From: Macrostomum lignano
Taxonomy: Eukaryota
Direction: 5' to 3'
Assembly: GCA_002269645.1 (NCBI GenBank)
Contig: NIVC01001111.1
Location: 292,586-356,585 of the forward strand
DNA: 64,000 nt
How positions within the stretch are numbered: the first letter of the stretch is position 1; the number at the start of each line of letters is the position of its first letter. The notes beneath the pieces were generated by a model. The model was given only the letters and a program-made list of their open reading frames with translations, ran no database searches and was not told the origin of the DNA. The position numbers and the translations under genes were made by a program. This document shows, piece after piece, positions 21,265 to 34,430 of the stretch.

Positions 21265-21342
21265 CTAGACAGAGAGACGGAAAGAGAGAGAGAAAGAGAG
21301 AGAGGGAGAGAGAGAGAGAGGGAGAGAGAGAGAGAGAGAGAG
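21265..21342. repeat. (GA)n microsatellite
   Basis: Direct inspection. Confidence 0.9.
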
Positions 21343-21479
21343 ACCTATTCTTTGTCAGGCAGGTCTGTAGAGCTCGTTTCCTCAATGTAGTCTTCCTCCG
21401 GAGTTGTCTTCTTGACTTCTAATAAAGTCGGCCGAATATGAGAGCACTTTAATGACGTAACAATTCAATCCGTCGACGT

Positions 21480-21615
21480 CAATATATTCTTCGAGTGCAG
21501 AAGAAATCCAATATATTCTTCGAGTGCAGAAGAAATCCAATATATTCATCGAGTGCAGAAGAAATCCAATATATTCTTCGAGTGCAGAAGAAATCCAATA
21601 TATTCATCGAGTGCA
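21480..21615. repeat. 29-bp tandem repeat, ~4.5 units (AATATATTCTTCGAGTGCAGAAGAAATCC)
   Basis: Direct inspection. Confidence 0.92.
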
Positions 21616-21840
21616 TAAATCTCATCTTTTCGCCATAGAAGGTAACATAATTCATCTTCTCGATATAAATAGTAACATGATTCATTTCTTCTCTATAAAT
21701 AGTAACATGATTCATAGTTTAAGTTTTGCTGCGTATGTGTGCGTTGATCTACTGACAGTAGCATTCTATGAATAAACCTCTACGTACAAGAGTCAAAATG
21801 ATCGAGAAGCCCGAAACATTCGGTCCCGATTTCTCTACGC

Positions 21841-22705
21841 TAGGGGTGCTCGGGTTTCCATTTTTTCGGGTTCGGAGTAGAACTCAAACCCGAAGCTATA
21901 ACCCCGAACCCCGAACCCGACCCGAACACCCTACCCGAACCCGAACCCGACCCGGACCCAAAATCCAATCCGACCCGACCTCGAAATTCTACCCGAAAAA
22001 ACATCAATACTCAACCAGAATCAAAATAGCTGCACTATTTTTCGTATTTTTAAGCGCGCTTGAAAAGTAACACTGCAGTATCATGTCGAGACACTGCAAA
22101 AGGGTTATATTATCTGCTTTTCTTCAAGGGCTCCAAGTTCTCTAACGTCCAAGGCTTCATCACACCATAAGTCATAACCTGAATCAAAAACTGTTTCAAA
22201 GGAATAAAGGCGAGAAAAAACAAGTTTTCTATTTTTTTCGACTCCATTCTATTCAACGAAAACTTTTTTCTCCAAAGATGGTATCGTATCGGTTCGTACC
22301 GGCTTTACATTTTATTTAGCACTGCCTCTCTTTGACTCTCTCACTCACTAATAGTGACAGGCTCTACATACCATAATACCAATATGGTCTTCTCTTGCTT
22401 GGAGAAGGCCATAATATTATAAATTCATTTTTTTTCTAAACGGATTCTTGACGAAGCCTTAATTTGTCATTTGTGTAAATTGTTGCGCATTATAAGGTAA
22501 GGTAGCATACTAGAATGATATTTATAACGATTTAAAAAACTAAACATACGCGAAAAAACCTGGAAATACTCAGTTTACGCTTGATTTCGTTTCAACTCGT
22601 AAAAATATAAAAAACCCGAAAACCCTGAACCTGTACCAAAACCCGACCAGAACCCCGAACCCGACCCGAATGCCTACCCCGAACCGCGAACCCCGAACAC
22701 CCCTA
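21841..22705. mobile_element. Non-autonomous DNA transposon (hAT-like MITE)
   Basis: 14-bp TIR TAGGGGTG(C/T)TCGGG at both ends, clustered CCCGAA subterminal repeats at both ends, flanking TCTACGC on both sides (imperfect 7-8 bp TSD). Confidence 0.7.
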
Positions 22706-22871
22706 CGTCTACGCCAATCTCTTCATTTGGAGCCAAAATAGCTCCCGTGCCTAAAACCGAACACTTTCGAATTTGGGGATCTCTATGAGGAGAAATGGGA
22801 TAAATGGGGTTTTATTATAAGTCGACTCGCGCACGTTTAGTGACGTGATCTCAATTACAGCTGTGATCTTA

Positions 22872-23170
22872 TGTTGTGAGCCCCGAGCCCCTTCGGAGCG
22901 AGCCTAACCATGTCGGAAGCTGCGACCCCCAGGTCCCCAGTCCAGCTGGGCTCCCGTCCTGCGCCATAGGGAGAAGCAGGAAAAGAACAGTGATGGGTTC
23001 GGCCTTTTTAAGCCTGTAGCTTCGGGCCTCAGAACTCAGAAATGAATCTCTAAGAGCTCTGGCCTCTCACTCCTGTCAGATGGTCAGCCCCATGGTAGCT
23101 ATGATTGTGGGTGAGCAGCTAGGTCCTATAGCTAAGAGAAGACAGCGAGAGACAAGCATGGGGAATTTGA
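22872..23170 (+). mobile_element. LTR-like dispersed repeat, copy 2
   Basis: Starts TGTTGTGAGCCCCG; diverged homolog of 15933-16400; 3' end undefined. Confidence 0.4.
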
Positions 23171-24119
23171 AAGGTAGAAATTAGCTAACCGGCAGGCTAA
23201 CTAACCCGCTGCCACCAGTCCGTGCTGCCCATGGGCTACGGTCTGCGATGCTTCACGCCTGCCCCTATCTTCAGCAGGTTAAGGCTGGTGGAAGGTCTGC
23301 ACCCTCTATTTGCCGCTGGCAGGCGCAGAACCCCCCTCCCAACGCTGTCGCGCAAGTCGACCCAGGGGTACCCGTCCCCGCGTGTGTTCAAGGCAGACCC
23401 CAAAACCCACCCCAACCAGGTGGCCTCCAGACCCCAGGGGAGTTGATAGGTGTGGTCATAAATCATGAACAAAACCGAATAAAAGTCACTTGTCTAGACA
23501 TCCTGGCGCCAAAAGTGACTGCAGAAAACCCATAACTCAAAGGAGCAGGCAATAGAGCGAGTGGGAAGGAGGCTGGAAAGACCTCTTTGACCCAGACAGG
23601 CTGGAGCCAAAAGTGACAGCTATACCGCAATAAATCACTAAAAATAGTGAAAAAGTCACAAATCGGGGGGTCAGACTGAGATAAAAACATTCCTTCCAGA
23701 CTTAGTGTCGCCTGTCTAGACTGTTAGAGGTCAATCCGCATCATACCCAGACTGCCTTGACCTTCAACCAAGCGTACGTAAACACCCAAAAATAGAATCC
23801 TAAAGGAAATACATTAAGTCCCTAACACACACTAATTAATAGTAATGTCATAAAATAACATAGGACTCAGCCTAGATGAGAGAATAGAGAGAAAATCCTA
23901 AGCTAGCCTACTGACAGTAGGGGAAAAAGCGCATCGGAGCTAAATGTGCGGTTTTAAGATTGAAAAAAGGTGCGCCCTCATCAGCAGTTACTCAAGAACT
24001 TAGCCGATGCAGTTCGCCGTGCACTTTTTATATGGTAGACGAAGTTTTGTTCAATAGCCAACGTGGAGGCGGACCAAACGCGAGCAAGGGGGGTGCCCAC
24101 CAGACAGCGACTTCATTAC

Positions 24120-24330
24120 AGTATTCTTAATTTAATTGTCCTACGCGTACATAAATTTTAAATAAATTAAGAACAACTGTACGGTATGGGGGGACGGGGT
24201 GAGGTGCAAGGTGGCGTGATCAGCGACAGCGTACGCATTGATTTTGGATAGAGAAAAATAGAGGGTGGGGCAGCGTGAAAGGCTTGGGGTGGGGCACGAG
24301 GGCAAAAGGGGGCACGATTGCATAACAGTT
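24120..24330. repeat. Dispersed repeat, copy 2 (inverted homolog of 15725-15925)
   Basis: Reverse complement shares blocks with 15725-15925. Confidence 0.6.
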
Positions 24331-24921
24331 AAGGCTCGTTCACAACGCCATCAAATAGGGCCAAATTTCGTGTGACCACATAACTTGTACATAAAATTTG
24401 ATTCCTTTGTACTTAGGTCGTGTGTGGCTCATTTGATGACAATGCGAATGTGCTCATTTGATAAAATTTACGGCAGAAATGCCATATATAACAAAAGCAT
24501 TTTTCTGACGAAATGTCGGATTAAGAACCATTTTTGATTCAATAAATTTCCTGTAAATAAGAACTTTAAGATTTTTGGCAAAGTTTCAAATATAGGCATG
24601 GAAAATCTTAAAATATCAGCTGATCTGCTCTCTACCCCCACTCAGCGCGCAAAACAACTCATCTCATCTGGCTAGCTGCGTGACGAAGATGGATTTGATT
24701 GACTGACCATTATTGAAATAAACCTAAAAGGACTGAATTGATGTTATAAATTTCCAATATCTATTACTAAACAAAATTACCTGTACGCCTAATAATCAGA
24801 AAAAATATATTCTGCATAAACTGCATAATACTAAGATTAAGTGTCTAATTTCTTGTAGATTTTTAATTTATCTGACTGAAGAATTATTGACACTTGACAA
24901 CAAACAAGTCAAAATTTTCAA

Positions 24922-27900
24922 ATGTCTTTGACTGGAGCTGATACTTCAACTGGTAAGATTTTATTAAACTTTACCACTGTCTCTCTATAAACTACTTGCT
25001 TTAGTTTTTTAAGGTGTTACCTTTTTTATAGGGCCTAAATTACCCTAAATATAAATTATGATTTGAATATAAAAGTATTAAAGTAGGCCTAGGCCTGTTT
25101 TCGCTTTAGGCCTACCTTTTGTTTATAATTATTAAATATGATTTGGATATAAAAGTGTATAAAAGTATAAAAAGACATAAAACTTTTGAAGTGAAAAAAA
25201 TCTAACTTTCTAGTGAGGTGCATGTAAAACCATGAATTATTAGGCCTAACTCTTTAAAAGTTGACTGTGGTTGCTCTATTGCTTAGGAAAAGAAAGTTGC
25301 TCTGTTCTTCTATTCTAATTCTAAAGTTTTAATATTGATTTAATAGGCTTTTTGGACTATTTAAATGCTAAGAATAGGGGCTAACTTAAACAATGGGAAA
25401 ATAAATTAACAGATGATTCTACACAATAGCTAGCTTGTGATATATGGGATTATTTTTATTTAGAATGAAAATTGATTGCAGAATTCAAAGTAAATAACTA
25501 ATAATAGTCTGTCAATAAGATTTTAAATGTTCTTTATTTTGATAATATGATTATCAAACATGATAGAGTACCTACATTAATAGTATTCCAAAATGGGGCT
25601 TATGAACAAAAATTGATTGAATAATAAAAAAAGTTATGAAGATTTTAGTGATAAGTTTTGTATATATTTTTTAATAGAAAAATATATTGAAAAGTAAAAC
25701 TATGTTCTAATGTAATGCATATAACTTAATGATTTTAGTGCAAATATATTGGTTTGGTGTTATTTGAAAGATAAATTTGTTTTCTACAAGATATATTAAA
25801 AAAGTTCTAGGACTTGGGCTCATAGAAACTTAGATCAATTGGAATCAAATCTGGCTCCTTCAAAGTACTTTTGCCTAAGCCAAATGCACTTGTCCATTCT
25901 TCTGCACCAGGCCTCCATGTAGCCCTAGAAGGCTTCTTTGGGAATACTTTGCAATTTTGTCATTGTGACCCTTCTAATGGTATGAACATTAGTAAATTAA
26001 ATACCTTTGAGGTGATCGTAGGTGATCATAAAAATATATATGATGAGTTTATCATATTCTAATAGAATGCCTAAATATATAAAATTTTATTATAGCTCAG
26101 TTAGTTAAGCATAGGTTAGCTAGCTAGTCCCTAGACACTTTAGTAACAAGATGTTTTGGTGTAATAAGCTTTTCAATGACATTTCTAAAATAAAATTGTA
26201 GCATATAGGGTCTATTGATTAATAATAGGCCTATATTTGCAAAGTCAAGCTAATTAAAAGAGGATAATACCCTTAATTTTAATATTCATTGTCTTTATTA
26301 ATTTTTAGTACATTGATTGGTTTTGTTATTATATTAAAATCAGATTTCATATTGTTTCAAGTTTAAAGAAAAAAGTTGTTATTGAAGTGTCTTGTTACTA
26401 AAATGTCTAACTATTATGCAAGCATAATAATTATAGTCTTTATTCAAGAATCAGGCAAATCAGTAGGGGCCTAAGAATTTACAACAAAATATTTACTTTC
26501 AATTAAGGTTTTAAAAATATTTATTCTAAGGAAATTTATGCAATTATATCTTTGGTATTGAGTTAAATCGAATTTTTAATAAGAGATATTATAGACATTT
26601 AGAATATTCACTCAACACTATTTTTGTAACTTATATTCATGTAGATGTCGCCACATCTGCCACCTGGATAGAGGTACAGTTTGCTGCTGACCCTAACCCA
26701 CAAGCAACTGGAGCTGGTGGCTCCCAGGCTATGGAGAAGCTGTTGATAGATGCCCAAAGAGAGAGTGGCCAATCCTCACTGGCCCAGTCTGGCAGTGCCA
26801 GTCCGGCTATAGCTGGAAGTGGCAGTCACAGCCCAGCAGTTCTGGCTGTAAGTAGCACTCATGTTACTGTTTTTAACTATTGTTTCTATTTTCATCTTTT
26901 TAATATGGTGTTGGTGTATGGTCTTTCCTCGTGATCAAATCGTGAATAGGAAAATTCCTCAAAAATCTCACTAAGAATTTCCCTTCAATTTCCTATTGAG
27001 AATCTCCCCTCGAATCCCCATTGAGAATCTCCATTGAGAATCCCCATTGAGAATCTCCATTGAGAATCCCCATTGAGAACCTCCCCTCGAATCCCCAATC
27101 CCCATTGAGAATCTCCATTGAGAATCCCCATTGAGAATCTCCATTGAGAATCCCCATTCAGAACCTCCTCTCGAATCCCCAATCCCCATTGAGAATCTCC
27201 CCTCGAATCCCCATTGAGAATCTCCCTTCGAATTCCCATTCGAAATCTCACCTCGAATCTCCATTGAGAATCCTCATTGAGAATCTCCCCTCGAATCCCC
27301 ATTGAGAATCCCTATTCAAGATCTTCCCCAATCCTCCATTGAGAATCTGGCTCCTTGAATCTCTATTGTTATTATCTCACCATAAATCCCTATTAGGAAT
27401 TTTCCTTCAAATCCTGATTGAGAATCCCTTACAGCCCCCTGTCAATCCCGCATCTCCACAGGCCGGTGCGCAACTGCAGAGCAGCGGCGGTGCCGGCGAC
27501 TGGCAGCGCGACTGGCCCACCAGATTTGTCGTGTGAGTTTTTTGTGTAGAAATTTTTAATTTTTACAATTGCATCGTGCTACTATAAGTAGCTCAAATCG
27601 TGATATAAATGAGCGGTATTTTTTCAGCTCCCAGACGGCAGGCTCGCGCCAATTTCAAATCTGGCGCTTTCTCAGCCTGCGCAAGACTCGCCTGGTTCGC
27701 GACGGCTCTGTGCTACTGGGCTGGATCAGCCATGCCGCCTCCTTCCTGCTGGGTGCCACCTCGTGAGTTCTTTGTCTCAGTGTCATTGTAATCCCAGCTC
27801 CTGTGTCATTGAAATCCCAGCAGGATTATCCCAGTGTCATTGCAATCCCAGCAGGATTATCTCAGTGTTATTGCAATCCCAGCAGGATTATCCCAGTATC

Positions 27901-28409
27901 ATTGCAATCCTAGCAGGATTATCTCAGTGCCATTGCAATCCCAGCAGGATTATCTCAGTGTCATTGCAATCCCAGCAGGATTATCTCAGTGCCAATTGCA
28001 ATCCCAGATATTATCTCAGTGTCATTGCAATCCCAGCAGGATTATCTCAGTGTCATTGCAATCCCAGCAGGATTATCTCAGTATCATTGCAATCCCAGCA
28101 GGATTATCTCAGTGCCAATTGCAATCCCAGATATTATCTCAGTGTCATTGCAATCCCAGCAGGATTATCTCAGTGTCATTGCAATCCCAGCAGGATTATC
28201 TCAGTATCATTGCAATCCCAGCAGGATTATCTCAGTGTCATTGCAATCCCAGCAGGATTATCTCAGTGGGTTCGGGTGATTTAAAGGGCTAGAATGCTTG
28301 CATCAATCAACCGCGCGGATTTCCACCCTCTCAAACTCTTAGAATGTACATCATTTGTCGCGTCTTCGCCGGTGGCCAGCGCGAGCAGCGGGTTGTGCAC
28401 TATCGCTGA
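24922..28409 (+). CDS. BNIP3: BNIP3/NIX-family mitophagy receptor homolog; exons 24922-24952, 26645-26847, 27462-27532, 27628-27762, 28343-28409
   Basis: LIR-like TWIEV (cf. SWVEL), MEKLLIDAQRESGQSS (cf. NIX MEKILLDAQHESGQSS), DWQRDWPTR (cf. DWxxDWSSR), LSLRKT and C-terminal TM ISHAASFLLGATSMYIICRV; all joins phase-consistent. Confidence 0.85.
26995..27310. repeat. Compound ~14-15 bp minisatellite (CCCCATTGAGAATCT) in BNIP3 intron 2
   Basis: Direct inspection. Confidence 0.9.
27778..28266. repeat. 31-bp minisatellite (GTGTCATTGCAATCCCAGCAGGATTATCTCA), ~16 units, BNIP3 intron 4
   Basis: Starts ~15 nt after the donor at 27763. Confidence 0.95.
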
Positions 28410-29861
28410 TCAAGCTTCGTACAAATTCACAGCCGAGCCTCTGTCTTGGCTACCCCATACAAGTGTTTGCCCATTCACTGAAACCGCTTATGATTAATAT
28501 TTGATTGATTGATTTATTGTATCCAAATCCGTTTGCTTGAGAAAAATATAACTATACTCGTTCCGTTCATAAATAGATATGTTTTGTTTGATTTGAGATT
28601 TTTTAATAGGTACAAGATAGCACCGGGGCGGCACTCGGTAGGAGTAGATTAAAAATACTTGGACTCAGCCCAGCTAACTCCAGTAGTGTTTCATTCAACT
28701 GCATTTCGTGGGGAGATATTTTTTATATAAAATTCGCTGTCAAATTAGAGAACATATAGTTTGATGACTGTTATTGTAAGCTAAGAGTGCCGATCACATC
28801 TGCTATGCAATTCTGCTTTTGTGTTTATTGTATATTTATTAAAACAAATAAACTATAATAGAGTGCATATCATTTGCGTGTGAGAATACTATATGTTAAA
28901 TATGTTCATATTTTATTGATTTTTTGTCTAATTTTTTACATTGTCAGGTTTCAGGCCCTGCCGAAAGGAATATACATAATGTACTTTGTTTCCATAATTG
29001 AAGCATTTTATTATTATGTTAATCCAGGAGCAAGTTAGTTGTGTCTTCACTCGATCAACACGGAGTCAAGAGCATTGCACCCTTGTACATTAAATCGCCA
29101 AGTTTTAATTCGCCGCAAATGCATGTACACTGCAATATTGCAGGGCGTACATGTACCGCTGCCAGAGCAATGGTCTGGTTAGCCGTTCGCCTGCCGGCCG
29201 GGGAATTCATGACTCATGCCTGGGCCGAGCCATATCAACCGTATGAGTTTGCTAAGGGGGGGGTTGGGGTTGATGGCGAACAGAGAGAAACCACTCACTC
29301 TCGACCTGTGGTTGGGTGGTGGGCTTGTGCGCGTGTCGGGGTAGGGCGGAGGGTAGCTCGGGTCGAATGCCGCTGCTGCGGTACCGCGAATTGCGGGAGA
29401 TAGAGAGAGAAGGCGGGGTGGGGTGAAAGGCAGCACGCTTGCAGCTTTTCGAAAGCGAAGAACAGAAGAGGAGAGAGATCGCTCACGCCAGGTTCACATC
29501 GGAACACTTGTGCCCTTTGAGGTCTTTCAAGTCATAGAATAGCAGCACGACAGTATTAAACAAACTGGTGAGCAGGCAACCTCTTCTGGAATTGAGACGG
29601 AAGAAAAGAACAAGAAAATGACAGTCTAAGTGCCTTCAACTGATTAGTTGAAAGTCTGAGCATGCACCAGCAGCCGAGCCTTGGCGAATCGTTTCGCCGA
29701 CGGCTTCGCGACAATCTTTGCTCGTGCTCCTGTTCGACCGCGGAGACGCCCGTGAGTATTTAGTGTCACGTGATGTCACGCTGCACCTTTGCAGTTGGGT
29801 TCGCTGTTTAAGTGCGAGAGTACTTGTGACAATTGTCATATTCAGCCATGCAGCCATTTTC

Positions 29862-30380
29862 AGGCTAATTGGGTAGCCATTTTCAGGCTAGTTGTGTAGC
29901 CACTTTCAGACTAATTGTGTAGCCACTTTCAGGCTAATTGGGTAGCCATTTTCAGGCTAATTGAGTAGCCATTTTCAGGCTAATTGTGTAGCCATTTTCA
30001 GGCTAATCGGGTAATAATTTTCAGGCTAATTGGGTAGCCATTTTCAGGCTAATTGGATAGCCATTTTCAGGCTAATTGTGTAGCCATTTTCAGGCTAATC
30101 GGGTAATAATTTTCAGGCTAATTGGGTAGCCATTTTCAGGCTAATTGGATAGCCATTTTCAGGCTAATTGTGTAGCCATTTTCAGGCTAATTGGGCAATC
30201 ATTTTCAGGCTAATTGGGTAGCCACTTTCAGGCTAATTGTGTAGCCACTTTCAGGCTAATTTGGTAGCCTCTTTCAGGCTAATTGGTTAGCCACTTTCAG
30301 GCTAATTTGGTAGCCTCTTTCAGGCTAATTGGTTAGCCACTTTCCGACTAATTTGGTAGCTACATGTATTTTCAGGCTAA
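29862..30380. repeat. 23-bp minisatellite (GGTAGCCATTTTCAGGCTAATTG), ~22 units
   Basis: Direct inspection. Confidence 0.95.
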
Positions 30381-31294
30381 TAAATGGGTCTAATTTAGGC
30401 TTATTAGTTTGTTTATTGCTAATTAAGTGGATTTTTTAGGTTAACTAGTTGGAAAATTTTTAAACTTCATGTACAGTATGTATAGTCAGAACGGCATCTT
30501 GTGTTTAAAGCTAATTAGGTTTTGACTAATTAGGTTGAACACTTTAGAACTTTTATGTCGCATATGTTTTTAACACGAATGATTATTAATATTAGCATTA
30601 TTCCAATTAAAAGGAGAGAAAACCAAAGCATAATAATGATATTCTCTGTATCTGCCGCACTATAACCCCTAGCTGCTACATTGTACTCGAAAAACGCCGT
30701 TTGCAAAGACAGCATTTTTATCTTAAAAGAACTGAAATTGTACCGCAAAACGAGCCTGTTGAGATTTGAGTTCAAGTGTGTGTGTTTGTGTGTGTGTGTG
30801 TGCACTCTGGCAGCAATTAGTGCTGCTAGATAGCATTCTGGGAGTTCTTCCTCTATCTATATTGAGCAAATAAAACTTTTAGTGCTTATTCCATTTTTAA
30901 CCTGGGATGGTAGGGCTGGGATGTCTGCTGCTGGTTATATTCGCACAGCTATCGCATTCCATCTCGAAGTTGAATGAAGCTTGAATAAATGCATTGCAAA
31001 CTGCAGATAGGTTGCAGGGCGGTTTCCAGTATGCAAAGAAATTTGCTTATAGAATATTTATGTTTCCATGCATAATTAAAGAAGCAGCCTTTAGAGTTGG
31101 GATATATATTTCCCATAAGGATATTCAGCACTCCCTTAGCTTGGTGGATTTGTGAAAAAAATTATCCACCCAAACTCTCAACAGGTGTATTTTGGGATGA
31201 GCAAGCAGCGCGTGAAGCATGGAGAGAACTGGGTGAGATTAAAGGTTGGTGTTGACAGACAGGCGTTGCTATGATGGACAGGTTTTTAGGGGAA

Positions 31295-32207
31295 ACAGCC
31301 AGAGACAGACAGGCAATGATGGACAGGTTTTTAGTTAAACAGCTAGTGACAGACAGGCAATGATGGACAGGTTTTTAGTTAAACAGCTAGTGACAGACAG
31401 GCAATGATGGACAGGTTTTTAGTTAAACAGCTAGTGACAGACAGGCAATGATGGACAGGTTTTTAGTTAAACAGCTAGTGACAGACAGGCAATGATGGAC
31501 AGGTTTGTAGTTAAACAGCTAGTGACAGACAGGCAATGATGGACAGGTTTTTAGTTAAACAGCTAGTGACAGACAGGCAATGATGGACAGGTTTTTTAGT
31601 TAAACAGCTAGTGACAGACAGGCAATGATGGACAGGTTTTTAGTTAAACAGCTAGTGACAGACAGGCAATGATGGACAGGTTTTTAGTTAAACAGCTAGT
31701 GACAGACAGGCAATGATGGACAGGTTTTTAGTTAAACAGCTAGTGACAGACAGGCAATGATGGACAGGTTTTTTAGTTAAACAGCTAGTGACAGACAGGC
31801 AATGATGGACAGGTTTTTAGTTAAACAGCTAGTGACAGACAGGCAATGATAGACAGGTTTTTAGTTAAACAGCTAGTGACAGACAGGCAATGATAGACAG
31901 GTTTTTAGTTAAACAGCTAGTGACAGACAGGCAATGATAGACAGGTTTTTTAGTTAAACAGCTAGTGACAGACAGGCAATGATGGACAGGTTTTTAGTTA
32001 AACAGCTAGTGACAGACAGGCAATGATGGACAGGTTTTTAGTTAAACAGCTAGTGACAGACAGGCAATGATGGACAGGTTTTTAGTTAAACAGCTAGTGA
32101 CAGACAGGCAATGATGGACAGGTTTGTAGTTAAACAGCTAGTGACAGACAGGCAATGATGGACAGGTTTTTAGTTAAACAGCTAGTGACAGACAGGCAAT
32201 GATGGAC
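31295..32207. repeat. 44-bp minisatellite (GACAGACAGGCAATGATGGACAGGTTTTTAGTTAAACAGCTAGT), ~20 units
   Basis: Highly homogeneous tandem units. Confidence 0.97.
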
Positions 32208-32576
32208 TCATCTACGTGCGTATTAAGGTTTCGTGCTTTCTTTAATTAATAATTACTTTTCTGAATTTTACTAATGCGCAGTTTGGCGTCACTTATAATC
32301 TTCCATTGCTGTCTGTTTCCTTCACGGCATCTGCGAAAGCAAGGATTAGCAAGAGATTCTATTTACTTTCTGGAATTTTCTAAATATAAATTATGCAGAC
32401 TATACATCATACACGGTTATTAATACACTGAGCGACAAAATATAGCATGTTGTACGCTCGTAGCTTTCATAACTGCAAAAGCCATCTTGAATCAGAGTAA
32501 TTTCAATTGGAATTTCCTCTTTCCCTGCTAAATCTACTGGCAGTAAATTCAGAAGTTACCCGCCTGCCTGCCTGCC

Positions 32577-33618
<1,042 letters not shown>

Positions 33619-34042
33619 GCTAGCTAGCTCTGCACTCAATCCATACAGCCTGCCGACCTCTGATTGGCCAACGCCTCCCATTGGATTCGGTTTGCCTTTA
33701 AAGTCCCCTCACTGATGCTTTACTTCTGCGTGCGTTTCCCGGGCTCAAAGTTGTTCAGAACTCGTTTATCAGAGACCTCTGATAGCATCAGGCGGCAATT
33801 TGAGTCGAGCTGTACTCTCATCATTTATCTGTCAGCCAATCAGAACATGACTTGTCTGTGGGCCTGCGCTGTTGATTTGGGTGGTGGCGGCCCCGGTGGA
33901 AGCGGCGACGGCGGCGTCGTCGGGACGGTGACGGAGCAGCAGGGGACTCTGGCGAAGCAGTCGGACTTCGCCAAAGCCTCGGCGACTTGCGTGAGCTCTG
34001 ATATCTACCGCTGTGGCTGCCGGCTGCTGAGTTTTTCAGGAG

Positions 34043-34232
34043 CATGGTGCTCACTCATGGTGCTCACTCATGGTGCTCACTCATGGTGCTCACTCATGGT
34101 GCTCACTCATGGTGCTCACTCATGGTGCTCACTCATGGTGCTCACTCATGGTGCTCACTCATGGTGCTCACTCATGGTGCTCACTCATGGTGCTCACTCA
34201 TGGTGCTCACTCATGGTGCTCACTCATGGTGC
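34043..34232. repeat. 13-bp minisatellite (CATGGTGCTCACT), ~14 units
   Basis: Direct inspection; directly precedes a headless SINE-A body. Confidence 0.95.
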
Positions 34233-34244
34233 TTTGGCCCAAGG

Positions 34245-34430
34245 GCGATTCACAGGCATGAGGGCCAGCCTCCAAGGCGCAGAGAGTGTACATGCCTGAC
34301 GATTAGAAATTCAAAGGGGCGCTGTACACCCTGTGTGAGCGTGTGCATGAGTGCAGTGTCTGCGCACAGTATTGGCGCGCTTGCATGTGCTCAGGAGTCA
34401 GCTGTATAGGCAGAATGTCGCCGGGTGTCC
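34245..34430 (+). mobile_element. SINE family A body without tRNA head
   Basis: CGATTCACAGGCATGAGGGCCAGCCTCCAAGGCGCAGAGAGTGTACATGCCTGACG...CTGTACACCCTGTGTGAG. Confidence 0.8.

Noticed and set aside
27778-32207. 31-bp and 44-bp regular repeats as CRISPR arrays
   Set aside because: Head-to-tail units with no unique spacers, no cas genes, eukaryotic context.
34285-34330. Hammerhead ribozyme from CTGACGA...GAAA in the SINE hairpin
   Set aside because: No room for stems II and III around the core, and other copies have CTAACGA; not a canonical hammerhead. No other CTGANGA/GAAA pair with proper stems was found by eye.
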